64,000 nucleotides of DNA from Marsupella aquatica (Eukaryota; Plantae; Marchantiophyta), in contig OZ316891.1 of the NCBI GenBank assembly GCA_973895155.1, positions 14,539,037-14,603,036 on the forward strand. The letters are read 5' to 3'. A model generated the notes under the pieces. The model ran no database searches, was not told the DNA's origin, and saw only the letters and a program-made list of their open reading frames with translations. The position numbers and the translations under genes were made by a program. Shown piece by piece: positions 23,540 through 38,100 of this stretch (the stretch's first letter is position 1; the number at the start of each line of letters is the position of its first letter).

Positions 23540-24770
23540 TAAGCTAGTCAAATATAAACAACTTTTCACAATTAAGAATTCCAAACCAAGCTACCACAAT
23601 GACAAATGAGTGCTCCAGAACAAAGTAGTCAAGCAGAATAAACATTTCTCAATTGAGGATAGCGAACCAAGTTACCAATATGACAAATGAGTAGTCCTCA
23701 ATAAGCTACTCTAGTAAAAGAAAAATAACTAATGGCAAATGAAGCGGAGTCAAATAAAAATAACTTTTGGCAATTGAGAACCGGGAACCAAGTCCCCAGT
23801 AAGACTAATGACTGGTAGTCAAAGCAGAATAACTTTTAGCAATTGAGAAGTCAGACAGAACCAAGCTGCCCATACAAATGAGTCATGATCAAGTAAAATA
23901 ACTTTTGCAATTGATAAAAGCTAACCAAGATACCGATAAGACAAAGGAGTAGTAGTCAAATGAACATAACTTTTGGCCATTGAGAAGAGCAAACCAAGCT
24001 ACTGTAGCACTACAAACGAGTCATAATCAAATAAAATAACTTTCGCAATTGAGAGTCCTAAGCAAGTCACCAATAAGACAAATGAGTGGTAATCATAACT
24101 TGGGCCATGGAGAAAAGCAAACCAGGGGATAAATTGCCACTGTCCCCAAAGCAAAACTTGGTGGATCCAGGTTACTAAAATGACTGATAACGTTCTCAAA
24201 AAAGTAATGAAAGTGCACTTTTTTGTCCTTCTTAAACCTGGTGGACAATGGTGGTATAACTGAAAGTAACACACTAGATGGGAGCAAAGAAGATGAAAAT
24301 AATAATTTGTCACATCTGTATTTATGTCAAAAGATCAGGCTAGTAAGGCAAATGAGTGGTGGTCATATACAAATAACTTTTGGCCATTGGGAAGAGCAAA
24401 CCAGGCTACCAATCCAAGTGAGTAAAAAATAAATAAAATGACTTTCGCAATCAAATGAGCTGTGGTCATATACAAATAACTTTTGGCCATTGAGAAGAGC
24501 AAACCAGGCTACCAATACAAGTGAGTAAAAAATAAATAAAATGACTTTTGCAATAAAATGAGTGGTGGTCATATACAAATAACTTTTGGCCATTGGGAAG
24601 AGCAAACCAGGCTACCAATACAAGTGAGTAAAAAAAACAAATATGACTTTCGCAATCAAATGAGTGGTGGTCATATACAAATAACTTTTGGCCATTGAGA
24701 AGAGCAAACCAGGCTACCAATACAAAAAGAGTAACAATAAGAAAAAAAACAAAAGCTTTCGCAATTGAGA
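23540..24770. repeat. Minisatellite: four young ~106-bp units (24355-24725) plus older degenerate ~60-bp units
   Basis: TGGTCATATACAAATAACTTTTGGCCATTG.GAAGAGCAAACCAGGCTACCAAT occurs at about 24360, 24463, 24566 and 24668. Related AATAACTTTT.GCAATTGAG...AACCAAG units run through 23540-24140. Confidence 0.85.
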
Positions 24771-25059
24771 ATCGCGAACAAAGTTATTCGCAAGTCGTCC
24801 AGAAGAATGAGAAAAATGAGAAGAATGAGGTGATGAAAGAACACCAAACGCGCTGAGAAGATCTGTCTGTTCTTCGACAGTCAGTTACGGTACACTACCG
24901 CAAACACTGGAGGTCGGTCGAGCTCGATGCCGAACGCGATTAGTTTGATGGCCGCAACAACAGAGCAAACAGAGCAAACAGAGCAAGCTTCCTCCCTGGG
25001 AACAGTCTCTGATTCCTTTCCGTTCTTCGTGTACTGTCACCTTTTATATCGAAGCTGAT

Positions 25060-25560
25060 TTCCAAATCAAAACAACAGAGCAAGCTTGTGCACTCAGAAA
25101 CTAGAGATACCATGCATTCGTATAGTTAGAACGATAGCACATTTCTCTGCCACCATCCACTCGTCAATGTTTGTTCGACAATTGATGTTGCCATGTCACA
25201 ATGATTAAGGATTCTCGACTCCAAAGCAAAACAACGGAGTAAGCTTATGCACGGCAGAAACTAGAGAGCGTTTCGTCTGCAACCATCCATTCGTATATCT
25301 GTTCGACAGTACATTTCTCTGCCACCATCCACTCGTCAATTTGTTCGACAATTTTTTTTGGATTGTCACAATGATTAAGGAATCTCGACTTCAAAGCAAC
25401 ACAACGGAGCAAGCTTATGCACGGCAGAAACTAGAGAGCGTTTCGTCTGCAACCATCCATTCGTCCATCTGTTCGACAATACATTTCTTTGGCAGCATCC
25501 ATCCTTCATTTTGTTAGACAATTTCTTCTGCTATGTCACAATGATTTCGGATTATTGACT
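25060..25560. repeat. ~165-bp triplication upstream of the SPAG17-like gene
   Basis: CAAA.CAA.ACAAC.GAG.AAGCTT.TGCAC..CAGAAACTAGAGA...ACATTTCT.TG.CA.CATCCA occurs at about 25063, 25223 and 25393. Confidence 0.8.
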
Positions 25561-26100
25561 CCTTGCACGTCCCTATCATCATCCTGGATGGATTCAATGT
25601 GATGCTGCGTAACGGCAGCAGATTGGCAGCAGATTGGTAAATCGGAAATGAAGAGATTGTCGGGATGGCCTTCGAAAATCATAGTTGTTCCCGGCTGCAG
25701 ACAGATGGCGACGAAACCGTAACGATGGGTCCAAAAAGGATACGGGAGCCGCAAGGATAGATCGGAGACGATTGGCGCATGGAAGCTCTGAGATTGTGAG
25801 ATTGTTCTACTGTAGCGCCTACATTCACGTCAGAAAGCAACTGGAATAAACGCTCGTTGGCCTTCTTCCCTCCACAGAAGTGTTCCGTGTTCCGTGTCCG
25901 GTGCTATGCCATTTTTCGAGGTTGGAGTTCCGGGGTGAGAAGTTTTTGGCTAGTGAGCCGCGATCAGGCCACGGAAAATTCATCTGTGCATCGACATTTT
26001 ATGAGCTTCATCATTTGCTGAGTTCGCTATGGAATATCCACTATGGGAGGATTTTAGGGCAACCAACCTATTGTAGTGTGAGTGGAGCCTCTTTTCGGAA

Positions 26101-29100
26101 ATGGCTAAGGAGAAGGTGGAGAAGGATGCGAAGGAGAAAAAAGACAGAAAGGATAAAAAGGAAGGAAAGGATAAAAAGGAAGGAAAGGATAAAGAGAAAA
26201 AAAAAGGAGTCACCTTCGTCCATGAGAGGCTCACTGAGCTTCCCCCTCCTCGATATCCAGTGGGCCAGGTGCTGTGGACAAGCATTTACATTGCTATCTT
26301 TGCTCTCCCAGATGTGATAGATTATAGTTCACTGCTACTCAACTTTAGAAGTGGTGCGAATTTGACAATTGTCTTTCTACGAGAACTTTCCTATACAATG
26401 TTTGACCTCCCGTACATTTTTATAATAAATGTAGTTCAGTTACTTCGAATTGGGCCCCAAGCTTGCAAACGTGGTTGTTTCTTATTGTAATCCTAGTTCT
26501 GACAAGTTATATATACCATGGTCATAGTGTAGTGTCACGCGGAAGTTTGTCGGAATTGTAGCAATGTGTTGTCGAATGTGACGACGAGGAGGAGATGAAT
26601 CAATGATTTCCTCAGATGTTCTCTTGCTGTACAAGAATGCGAAGTCAGTGAGCAAAAAAAGTCTGCACAGCTCGTACGAGTGCTTGTTTATACTGTAATG
26701 TATAGGCTACATGTAAATAATGTTTTCCAACTGGCTGATTAGAGCAGAGAACTGTCTTGTTTGAGCAGGAACCTCCTTTGCCTCCGTGGCCAATAATATG
26801 GACACCCATTGGCGTATGTCTGGCCTCATCAGTACCCGGTCTAAGCATAGACATACTTGCTGAGAATTTCAACAAATTGTCGAGGCCAAGCATGAGTATG
26901 GCAATAGTTCATCCGAAGGATCTAGCCGAAGATGTATGTACTCGAACTGCGACCAGAAATTTTCGCCCAAGAATTGTACTGAATTGTAACCATATATAAG
27001 CTCAAATTAAACCTTTATCCAGGTATGAAAATTGCCCCCAAATTATGTCCTTCATGTATGCTGCACCTCCTAGGGTAGACCGTGACTCGAGGCGACTGAC
27101 TTGCTGGCAGGTCTAAGCAGAAACCCCTCGGCAGCTTATTTGGGCATCCGTGGGATTGAACTACTCCTTCTTCCCCACCTTACCTCGCCTTGTGCCCTAA
27201 CGTTGACTACTACTTTCTTCGTCAACCTTGAATTTCATATTTCAGAGTTGCAAACCTAAGTCTGACCATCTTCCTTGCTCGATTTACATCTCTAACAGGA
27301 AATGGCAATTGAAGGAACTGTCCTAGCTGAAATGTTGAAGAAAGCAAAAGAGGTATCCACAGCCTTGTCGATACGATTCTGGATGGGGTTCTTAGGAGGT
27401 TTACATTTATCTGGCTGTACAGATTTCTTGAAAACTTGATATAATGTAACGACATGTTGGTACTCTTAATGGATGGGTCTCTTTTGCGCGACAGTGAGCC
27501 ACTGGTAAGAAGTAGCTGAAAGTTTAAAGAAATCGATATCACTTTCACTTCATCCCTGCTCAGCAAAAACAGCTGATCACTAGACGGTTCTTTTCGTCGA
27601 GTTTCATTCACTGTTTTTGAAGCGACCATTAAATGGAGACCTTCACGACATCGGGCGGGTCATTGCGTTTACGAGTGTGTCATGCTTTGTTGATTTCAGG
27701 AATCGAATGCAAGCTGGCCACCTTCAAATCTTCTTGTCAAATGTCTGAAGTGTAAGGCCTCAAGATGATTTTCTAGCTTTGCTGATCGGTGTCACAGAGT
27801 GCGACTGCCATTCTCTTAAAAATGACTTAACTTGGAATATCATTGAACTGAACGTGTTTTAATTTACAGATTTCCAGTTGGAGTCAGGGACAGATAATTC
27901 TAGATCGTAACAATGCTAGAAGTTAGGTAATATGTCACTTTGCAGCGAGAGTAAGTAGAAAAACAGGCTGATTAGTCGTAAAAGACGAACATGAGAAAGA
28001 CTAGCCGGTCTCTACAAAGAAGGAAATTGAATCTGGTTTTTCGTCATAGAAATTTTCGTCCCAGGAAGATTATTTGTCCACTGTTCAGGAACTCATCTTC
28101 TGCAAGAACTTGTTGTCTATGGCAGCCGGTGGGGCCTTCTCGAAAGGTAGCTGCAGTGTTTGCCATTCACTTATTTGGACCCACTTGAGCCACAGCAATC
28201 TTACCGAGAGTTCCTCTTACTTAGTGTCTTTGCAGCTAGGTCGGTTCTGGACAGAGATAATGAGCATCAGAACGAAGAAGTTAGACGAGCAAGTGCAGTG
28301 GTTGAAGCAAAACAGGCCTCTGAGGTAGGCAACATGGTCTGCGATTGATAATAGACGATCCTCCCTGAAAGGCAGATATACTCACAGTTCATTCTCTTTT
28401 GGACTTCCTAAGGTTTGTCTAAAGTTGTGTCAGATGCACTTTAGAAAGCATGTTCATGTGTACTGCTTATAGGACTTTGTGATTGATCATTTTCGCAATA
28501 TGACTGCATTGAAAGCTGAGGCTAACATTGATCAGTACTTTGCGCCTCTATTCTCGTGTCCTGTCGAATCATCCCTTCTTCCGGTCCTTTTCGAGATACT
28601 TCTACTGTTTTGCAGACTGTTTCTCAGCTAGCTCGGTCTTTAGTTTCACACCAGGAAAAGCGGGTAGAGAGACAACTGCTGACTTACCTGCAATATTGTT
28701 TCAGACCAAAAACCTTTCCCCTCTGTCCACGGCAATTGTCTAAACAGAGAAATTTGACATACAGTTTCCAACAATGTAATCTCCAATTGTGGGAATGACG
28801 AACATCATTTCAGCACGGTCGTCATCTTTTCTCCCGCTGTGTGGATATTTTTACCTTTCGTATGAGGGTAAAACTTTATTCTAACGAAAAGAGGACAATC
28901 ATAGAATCATTATATCAAAGAGCAGATCTCCACCAGTAAAGTTTACACTACCCTTTCAGAATTCTGAGAAAAAAAATCATTACTGGAATTCCGCTCCTGG
29001 CCTGTCAACAGTAGAATCGATTCATACAATTCGTCTGTTTCCCATCAAATCTTTGATCTCCTCACAAACCACCACTGGCAGGACTTCAAAACAAAATTGG

Positions 29101-32100
29101 CAGCGGCGAAGGAAGAAGTCACACTTGCAGAAACCAAACTGAGAGACTACAGAACAAAGCTGCTGGAAGAAATGCGGGCCAAAAAAGCAGAACGAAAACT
29201 AGCTTCCAAGGCTTCCAACAAAGTAGATGTCCCTGAGATCGGCGAAACAGAATTGAGCAAGGGGGCTGCCAAGCAGAATGAGCTCAAAGACAAGAAAGTG
29301 GAAGATAAAGATAAGAAAGAAGGCAAAGTGGGCAAGAAACAAGAGAAAGACAAGCCAGGAGGTAAAGCTGGTAAGTCAGTGTGACATCGGTGTCTCCAGA
29401 AAAACTGCATGTTGTATGCCTGGCTGAATATGTGTCCCAGGCCCTGGAAATCTGTATGCTTAAATCCAAACGGATCAAATGCTTTTTTGAAAGAAGGATT
29501 TGGCAATTGCCTTGAAATTTTGAATACATGACGCAGCATACGCTCTAACAAACAACTGAACAATGAGTATCATATGATCTAGAACGTCGCACATCTGTCA
29601 GATTGTTTTCATTGACAAGTAACAGCAGCATTTGTTGTGAGAATCTGATGACTTTGTACTGGAACGATTTCGAGGTTTTTCGCGAAGTCCTTGAGATTCC
29701 TTACTTTCCAAGGATCTATGAAAAAATTGTGAAGAATCTAGTAGAAAGTTTCAGTCACTGGATCAATAGGAATAGGCTATCGTGATGACGTTTCCAACTT
29801 TTCTTGGCGGTGTTTTGTCTTGAATTGTACGTAGTATAAGTACACGAGCTCAGAAAATATATTCATGAATGTGGGGTCTAGAAATGAGATTGAAATTGGG
29901 CAGCATAGAAATTTGAGGTAAGATTGACAGAAATTTCACATAGAGAACTGGCCATGAACTGGATGAGTTCTTGCAAGGATAATCTGTTTTTCATCTCACT
30001 GTCGTGATAACCTTTAGCCGATTTTGATTGAATGAATTCAGAAAAGGGCCGAAAGGGAGAGGGTGAACCAGAGCCAGTGCTTGTCCCGATTGTTAGTCCA
30101 CAGGATCAGTTTAAACTGTTGGAGGACGAAGTTACCAACAAAAAAGCCCTTGTGAAGGAGCTAGAAGCTAAGGTTAATTTTTACACAGATGTCCTCCTCA
30201 CCTGTCAAACAAAGAAAACACAACACCAAGTCTGGACCACAGATTATCTTTCTCATTCTCCGTGTCTTCAAACCCATGGCCTTTGTGTCCGATGCGATAG
30301 ATTCATGCTTGTAGAACCGGGATGTTTTGCAACCTGATTGACGTTTCTCCTTTCAAGTGTCGATGAAGGTCTAAACGTGAAAACTAATCACTGAATTAAT
30401 CTTGCAGTTATTAAGTTCAGTAGAGAATGAGGCAAGAGTGTTATCAACAATCCTTGAACCGTTCACTACTGGGCGCTTGTATTGCATTATGGGGATGGAT
30501 TCGGCATTGCCAGTAGTACAACTTGCATGCGAGGAAAAGAGTTTTTTTAAGGCTATCTTCAATGTAGCTCCAAGACCAAAAGATCCGTCCATTTTACCTG
30601 TGAGTGAAGGACAAGATAAGGCAAGAAATGATGATGTCAGTCCTGAGATATCATCATCTAAATCGACTGACTCGAAGATGGACAAGCGAGCTGCCAAAAG
30701 GGAGGCAAAAGTTGCCAAAAGGGAGGCAAAAGCTCAAGCTGTTGCCACTGCCACCCCACCCTTGATCACCGAGATGAAAGCCGTGGTCGAAAAGGGCAAC
30801 ATGTTGGAGCCAGCTAGAAGTGTATGTGTTGTGGATGTTTTTTACGAAACACCCCTCCCTCCAGAAAATAATGAAGAAGGGGAATCCAAGAAACAGGAGA
30901 AAGTGGTGAAGAAACAAAAGAATGAAGTGGGCGATAAGAAACAAAAAGAAGACGGACAGAAAAAAAAGGAAAAGAAAGCGAAGACAGGAAAGGAAGACCA
31001 AGAACTGCTCAAGGACAAAGGTGATGAAGAGAACAAAGAGAACAAAGAGACCAAAGGCAAGAAAAGTAAGACAGCTAAGAAGGCTGTGGGTGCGAAAGAT
31101 GAATCCTTGCCATATGAACAAGTTGCTCAGGCTGTTGCGTTAGCTGTTCAACGTCTTCTGCTTCAAGTTCAGCTGTATAGTGCCATGGGAGGAGACAAAG
31201 TCAAAATCTTGAAAGTACCAGAGGCCAAACCTATTCAGGTGAGACAATAACTTTGTAGTACAAGGATCAGAGAGTATTGAAAGTATTCTGTTGAGAAAAT
31301 GTGAGGAGCATTAGCCCTTTCGACAGGAGCCAGTCAGTTTGTTTGCAGGCTCTTGACTCAAATGGAGGCCTTGGAAATTTGTTCGTTAGTCGCTTTGAGT
31401 CATTCTCCAGAACGTCAGCGGGAACGTCAGCTGACAAAATATGCTTACACTTAAAGAGACTGAACTGAGCGCTTTATAGCTTGCCTCTAAAATGAACAAT
31501 TGTAAGAAAAAAGTAAATTCAACTGTAAGAACTACTGTCATCTACTGTAGCTTCTTACTGATGGTCGTTTTGGCTCAATATCTATTCTTGGACCAAGAGA
31601 ATTTCCAAGTAGATATTAGAGTCAATAAGCCAAGTGCTAGACCGAGTGGAAGAACTTTGAGCCAATGGAACTGACAGTCGAACTTGGCATAAAACTGAAA
31701 CATCCCTCTGGAGCAATAATTCTTTTCAGCGTGATGGAAATCATTATATCTAGTGAGAACAAACTGACTTCCGCATTGCCACCTTCCAGGTTTTCCATTT
31801 AGCATTATGAGTGATCTGCTTCTTACAGGATTCTTGCTTTCATAGGGGGAAGACCGAAGTTACTACAATCATCTTTTGAACGAGTTCCCACAAGGATTGG
31901 TCACAGTTCCTATCATTGTGCATTGCTTGCTGGAGCAAGTTGCAACATATCATTGGCCTGTAGAGGATCTCAAAGCCATTGAAGTATCCAACCTGAACAA
32001 ACAAATACGAAACGGCATCTACCATGAATTTGAGAAGCGTGGGCATCCAAAGTGGATTGGAGTCCGAGAAGATATAGAAGAGGGAATACCAACAAGATTT

Positions 32101-35100
32101 GAAGGACCCTACAATGTTGTGAACATGAAAACAAAGGATGCTTGGCATTCAAATGGGACAACCAACGATGATGTACTACCTGGTGAGATTGATTTTGCTC
32201 AACGATACCTTCAACTTCAAATTACAACGTACACAACATGGAATTAAACCCATGATCTATTCACTTGTTCCCACGTCCCTAGGCTCAAGAAATCTAAGAC
32301 AAGGCGGAAGGCCTGGAAATTTTAAGATACCATCGAAGATACGATGAAACTTTGCATTGCAAAACTTGTTGACCCACCTGACTAAAACCCACATTAACTA
32401 ATGGAATACTTGTCACGCAGAGTAGTGAGTAATATATGTTTGCTCTACACATGAATTAAAATGGATGTCACAAGAGCAGAAGTTGAATCGAGATGTCCTA
32501 CGGCAAGCAATCATCAAGTTCAAGGGGTTTATTTGTAATCTTCAATACCTTGTTTATGATCCTAACTGATGTATGCTCACTAAAAATACCAAACAAAGAG
32601 TGGATTCTCTTACACTTGTATTCCATTGCTTAAGGTGCTCCAGTTCAAGAAAAAGCGGTTGATTCTTCAATCATTAAGCTTGGAGAAGATGAGTCCAAGG
32701 CAAGCACAAAACTATGTTGTGCCGTTCACGGGGAAAAGATCGTCACATGTGCAATTCACGAGTCTCATGTTGGTGGAAACGATGAGCCTACGTTGCGAAA
32801 AGGCCGAATTACAAAAGTATATGATCCAAATGTAGAAGCAAAAGATCTGGAGGATAAACTTATTGTTACTCATGAACTTGACACTATCACCCAGTTTTCA
32901 GCAATTCATAAGCCATTGGATCTTGAGATTACGGGTTCTATTAATGCAACAAAAGTGGGCCAACATTTATCAATGCTCCGGGCAACACCAGGTTCAATTG
33001 AATCTTATAGGCTGCGATTTATTGTTTGTATATAACATTAAGAAAATGCTATTCTGGTGTAATTTACTTGCATGTTGCATCTAAGCAAGTATCTCAGTTT
33101 GCCAGAGTTCTGTAGTTTGCCTGTGTTAACAAAACTAAAACAATATGCACGTATGTTCAGAAGATTTAAATCTTGATTATTATTTTTTGCATGGATTGTA
33201 GTAAAGGTGTCTATTACTCAGTCATATTAAGAACCTAAAATAAAATTGTTATTACTTGATGGACAATCTTGCAACTCAATCCATATAAAACCAAAAAAAA
33301 TTATATCCTCGTCACAAACTGGTCACCAGTGGTCCCCCATTGCTCTTTTGTTGTCATCATGCCTTTGAGCATCCAACAAGTATGAACAGTTCAGTTGAGA
33401 TTTTTAAGACCATAGATTATACTCATGTCAATATTTTACACATTCAGTAAGAGCTAATCAAATCTATCTTTCATAATATGTAGCTCGCTCAAGGTATAAA
33501 ATGCCCGGAACACCTATGTACTCAGAAGAAAAGATGGGGGCATCATTAACAGCATTACAAGATCTATGTGACCACTATGAAGATGACCAACCCAAATTTC
33601 AAAGTTTGGAGGATGCCTTATTTCATTGCAAAGACCTGGGGTCATCAAAGGGGATTGATATTAACACAATGCAAAGATACAAAAAACTGGTAAGAACTAT
33701 GTAGGTAAAGTGGAGAACTAAAATGCCTTTACTACCATTTTCACAAGTAAAGGTACACTTGAGAAGAAATCAAAGAATTAAAATCCAAGATGAAATGTCT
33801 TCCAATTTATTAATTTGCGATGACTGACCTTGAAGGATCTCCATTAATATATCATGGCAACTCATGACTTTCTCCCATATGTATGCATATAGACCCAAAC
33901 TAGCCCCAACCCGTTCTAGCTTTGAACGTGAATAGCAGAGAGGACAATAAAACTTTCACCAAAATATAGTCCCTATTCACATTCTTTGAAAGTTAATGAA
34001 ATGATAAAAACTCATCATGCATGTCATCATTTTAATAATCATACATAACATACTATCCTCCTTTCTATGCACATCCCTCTTTCTATGCACATATGTTATG
34101 GGGGGTCATAGAGTTCATTTTAATTTTGAATATAAATAAAAATCATGACAAAAGGCATGCATGATTATCATTTGACATACATCATAGCCATGAGTTTTCC
34201 CATGCACATGGTGGGCCATGGAGTTATGGTCTAGAGGTTTACTCTAGAAGCGTAGGCCCCAACTCTAGCTTGTAGGTGGCGCTTTATAAGTAAGATGTAT
34301 ACATCTAGGATCTAATGTCCACTTCTGCAATATTTTCCTTCATCAGCATTACCTTCAAGCAAAATGAAGACTCTAAAGAAGTGCTATTCTGAGCTTCAGT
34401 CTCTCCTTTTGGCAGACTACATTCCTGGAAATGATCAAAGAAGATAAGGATGTATTTCCAGATCTAGACATACCAATGGAAGAAGTTCCCGAATCAGATA
34501 ATGTCACAAAGGGGCCTTATAATTTGGAGGGGATGAAATACTGGTGCAGTGACTGTTTAGCATTCTTCCAACGTCCAGACATTATGGAGGAAATACCAAA
34601 GGAGCCACTTACTGAAGAAGATCTCAAGAGACTGAAGAAACTGTTTAAGGAAAAGATGATAAATGACTATGAGAAGCGACAACTGGACAAAGACAATAGC
34701 GCAGAGGAATCAAAATCAATTCATGGGGATGCATTTACTCAAGAGATGACTGAGGTTGGAATATTCTCAAAACAAAACGAGGATGAACAATCCAAGGATG
34801 GAGCATCATCTGGAAGAGAGTTAGACCCAAGAGTGGTGAAGATGTGGTGTGAAGGATGCCAGTCAGTGTTTCTTCCTCCGCCACCGCCAACATTGGAAGA
34901 GATATGGGAGGAGGGGAGGAGGATGAGGGAGGAAATGGAGAGATTAGCAGCAAGAGATGCACAGGCTGTGGTTGATGCAAAGATTGAGGCATGGAAGAGA
35001 TTGGAACAAAAGTTAAGAAAGTCTATTGTAGGGAGACAACATGCAGAGGGATTTGCAGATGGGTTGATGGGTGAGGTTTATGCTCGTTCAAAGTTGCATT

Positions 35101-38100
35101 TACCTTTTCAGATTATAAAATATGACCATGATGAGGATTGTATACTTGCTTGCCAGTATGCAGCTAATTCACAACGCAATGTCCAGGAGCAAATTCCCTG
35201 CCTGGTACGTTTTGCATCCATTTTCATAAACTTGTAACTCAAGGCCACTTGCTTTTTTACAAGATCTTGCTCAGTATATATCATGAGGACAGCTGAAGGT
35301 ATTTGTGTGCAAAATGCAACTTGTGACAACTTAGAGTAAGCAGCATAACTGCAGCATGGCATATGAACATGTAAGTAAGAAGTTACTTATTATTTAATAA
35401 ATGTCTTGCACAAGCACCGAAAGATGCCAGCCAAAAGGGAAAGGCCCAAATGCACATTTACCAAAGCTGCACAATGAGTTTGGATTTTCTTGGTACTTAC
35501 CACTTGAATGGACCTTACAACAAACCAGAAGTCATAAAAGATAATTTTCCAACAATTAAGTTTTTCTCAACTCTCTCACCCTTTAGCAAATCTAAGTTTT
35601 CCTTTTATGTAATGAAGATGCAATTTGGAGACTTTTGTGCCACCTATGACCTAGCCTCTGGTGAACCCATCAAAAAGAGATATACAGTATATGAGATGGA
35701 ACCTCAATACAAACTGGTGTTGGACGAGAGGCGGTACTTATTGACTGAGCAACAGGGCCTTGTCACTTGTGGTCTACCAGCAAAAAGTCCAGTGCAATAT
35801 GAGCCTCGAGCAACCATTTACAAGGTTTATTACCAGCTCCTTGTTCATAATTATTGTATATTGGTTATATGTTATTTACAGGCCGGCAGTCCCACAATAA
35901 AGATAGTGTGAAAAGATTGTTCAAATACAACAACCAAGTATTAGAGGTGCAAAACTCCACAAACTTAAAGGACATACAAAACTTTTAGTTCCACATAATC
36001 ACCAAAGAAGATTGCAGTGATATGGATAAGGTAAATAAATTGTTGTAAGGGCACCCTATGACAAAACAGATAGTTGCAAGGTCATTGATCAAATAGTTTT
36101 AAAATAATATTTGTGAATTTCCTTGGATCACCTAAGGATCCAAGCATTAATAGAAACGTGAGCATTCCAAGAGTGTTTGCAAGATCTTCTTGACAACCAT
36201 AGTACTAGTACCAGTAATTGCAAAGCACTACAGCCTGTCTGTTTTTGAACTTCAACTTTGGCTACTTTGTTTGACTTGTATATCTGAAGGATAAGGGCTC
36301 AAGTAATTGACCAATAAAAACTAGTGTTGGCACTATTAGCTTGTTCAGAATGTCTAAATAGAAGAGATTCAAGAATGTTACAGTGAAAATTCAGGAATTT
36401 TCCATATTGTTCTTAGATGTCTTTGCTACGCATTGATTTTTAAGACAGACACAACCCAGAACTTATGGTCATTTCAAGAACAATACTTGGCGTATTGAGA
36501 AAAAGTTGCTTTGATTGAAGGATGGGAACGTTATCATGTTGCGTGCAATCAAAGCGGAGCAAAAGTCAAGGAAGGTACAGGAGGAAGCTGAGATAAAGAC
36601 AGGCCTTGATTTGGGGAAGGAAGAGGAAGGGAATGAACAAAAACCAATAGGAAAGAAAGAGGGGAAGGATACTTTATCCAAGAAGGAAGCTAAAATAAAA
36701 GAAAAAGCCAAGAAAGGAAAGGAAGGAAAGGAAGGCACTGATCTTTCAGAGCCTACCTCAGGTGTAGCCCAAGAACAAGTAAATGCAGGTCATGCAAGTG
36801 TTCCACTGGATTTGTTTGATGAGAAGCAAGGACTTGGAGGCATTGACCCCTTCTCTCCTAAAATGCTTGAGTTGGAAAAGAGTGTAATTGCTTGTTTGAA
36901 GGATGGTCTGATTGTTACTTTCTTCTTTGCCCAAGATGGAACTCTGCACCTCCAGATAAACATTCCTGCAGGTGGTAGAACACTTGAAATCACGTCCAAT
37001 GGAGTGGTAATATTCCTACCCTTGGAAGTCCAAAAACAAGAACCAAAGCCTGCCATGGGCACATCTACTTTTTCAGACTCTCCGGCTCCAGAATCTACAG
37101 AAACTTTGAAACATGAGGATAAGAAGAGCCCCAATAGAGAAGCATCACCACCGAAGGAGAAACCAAAGGGGGATAAGTCAAAGCAAAAGAACAAAGAGTC
37201 AACTGCAGAGAAGGATGGGGAACCTGGGGTAAAGTCAAAGAAGAAGAACGCAAAGACAATACCTGACAAGCCCGGAAAGAAGGAGAATGAAGATGTTGAA
37301 CCTGAAACACAAGGAGATGAGGGCCAACTAGTAAACAACTTAGAATATATTAATGGTCTCTACCAGAAGGGTGTGGGGGACATTGAGGTATCCCGCTGCA
37401 TACTTCCATCTGGAACTGTTGTTAGCTACAAAGAGAATGGATCTTCACAGGTATGACTTTTCCTCGCATCAAGTGTTTGTATGGGTTCTTCTATGGTTTG
37501 TCATCCAATGATCAAGGCAATAATGTAGCATTACCTTCTTGTTGCATCAGTTCTCACATCTTGTTAACAATTATATGAATGTTGCTTCCGCATAATGTAC
37601 ACTTTTGGATGCAAAGTGATATGAACTCAAAATCCAAAGTAGAAATCATGTAGTAAGGGACTGGCCCAACTATAAGTTTTGACTATATTTGACGTCATAA
37701 GAAAGCAATCACAAAAAAAGCTGCTTGCAAATCACTGACCAATGTGGTGAATCTGTGTGGTAGATTTTATGCAACAATGGCAATGTCAGTGAACATATGA
37801 TCACGTTGGAAGATACACTCGGATGGGTTACAACCAACAGCAAAGGCTTGTGTGTGCTCCAGGTAAAAAATTGTCTTACATAACTTTATGTGTGGAAAAC
37901 CTTTTGCGAGATTGTGTTGGGATATCATTCATGCAAATGTGCTTCTGACTGACCAGAAAAGATTACATGTCTAGCTAGTGCAGAGCAATGTTTTTGGCAA
38001 ATGGAGCTAGATTTCTCAATGAAAAGCACTCTTAAGTCTGCCACTTGCCAAAACCTACATTGTCTGATGAGGGTTCTTTGTCCTTTCCAAAAATGTAGGA

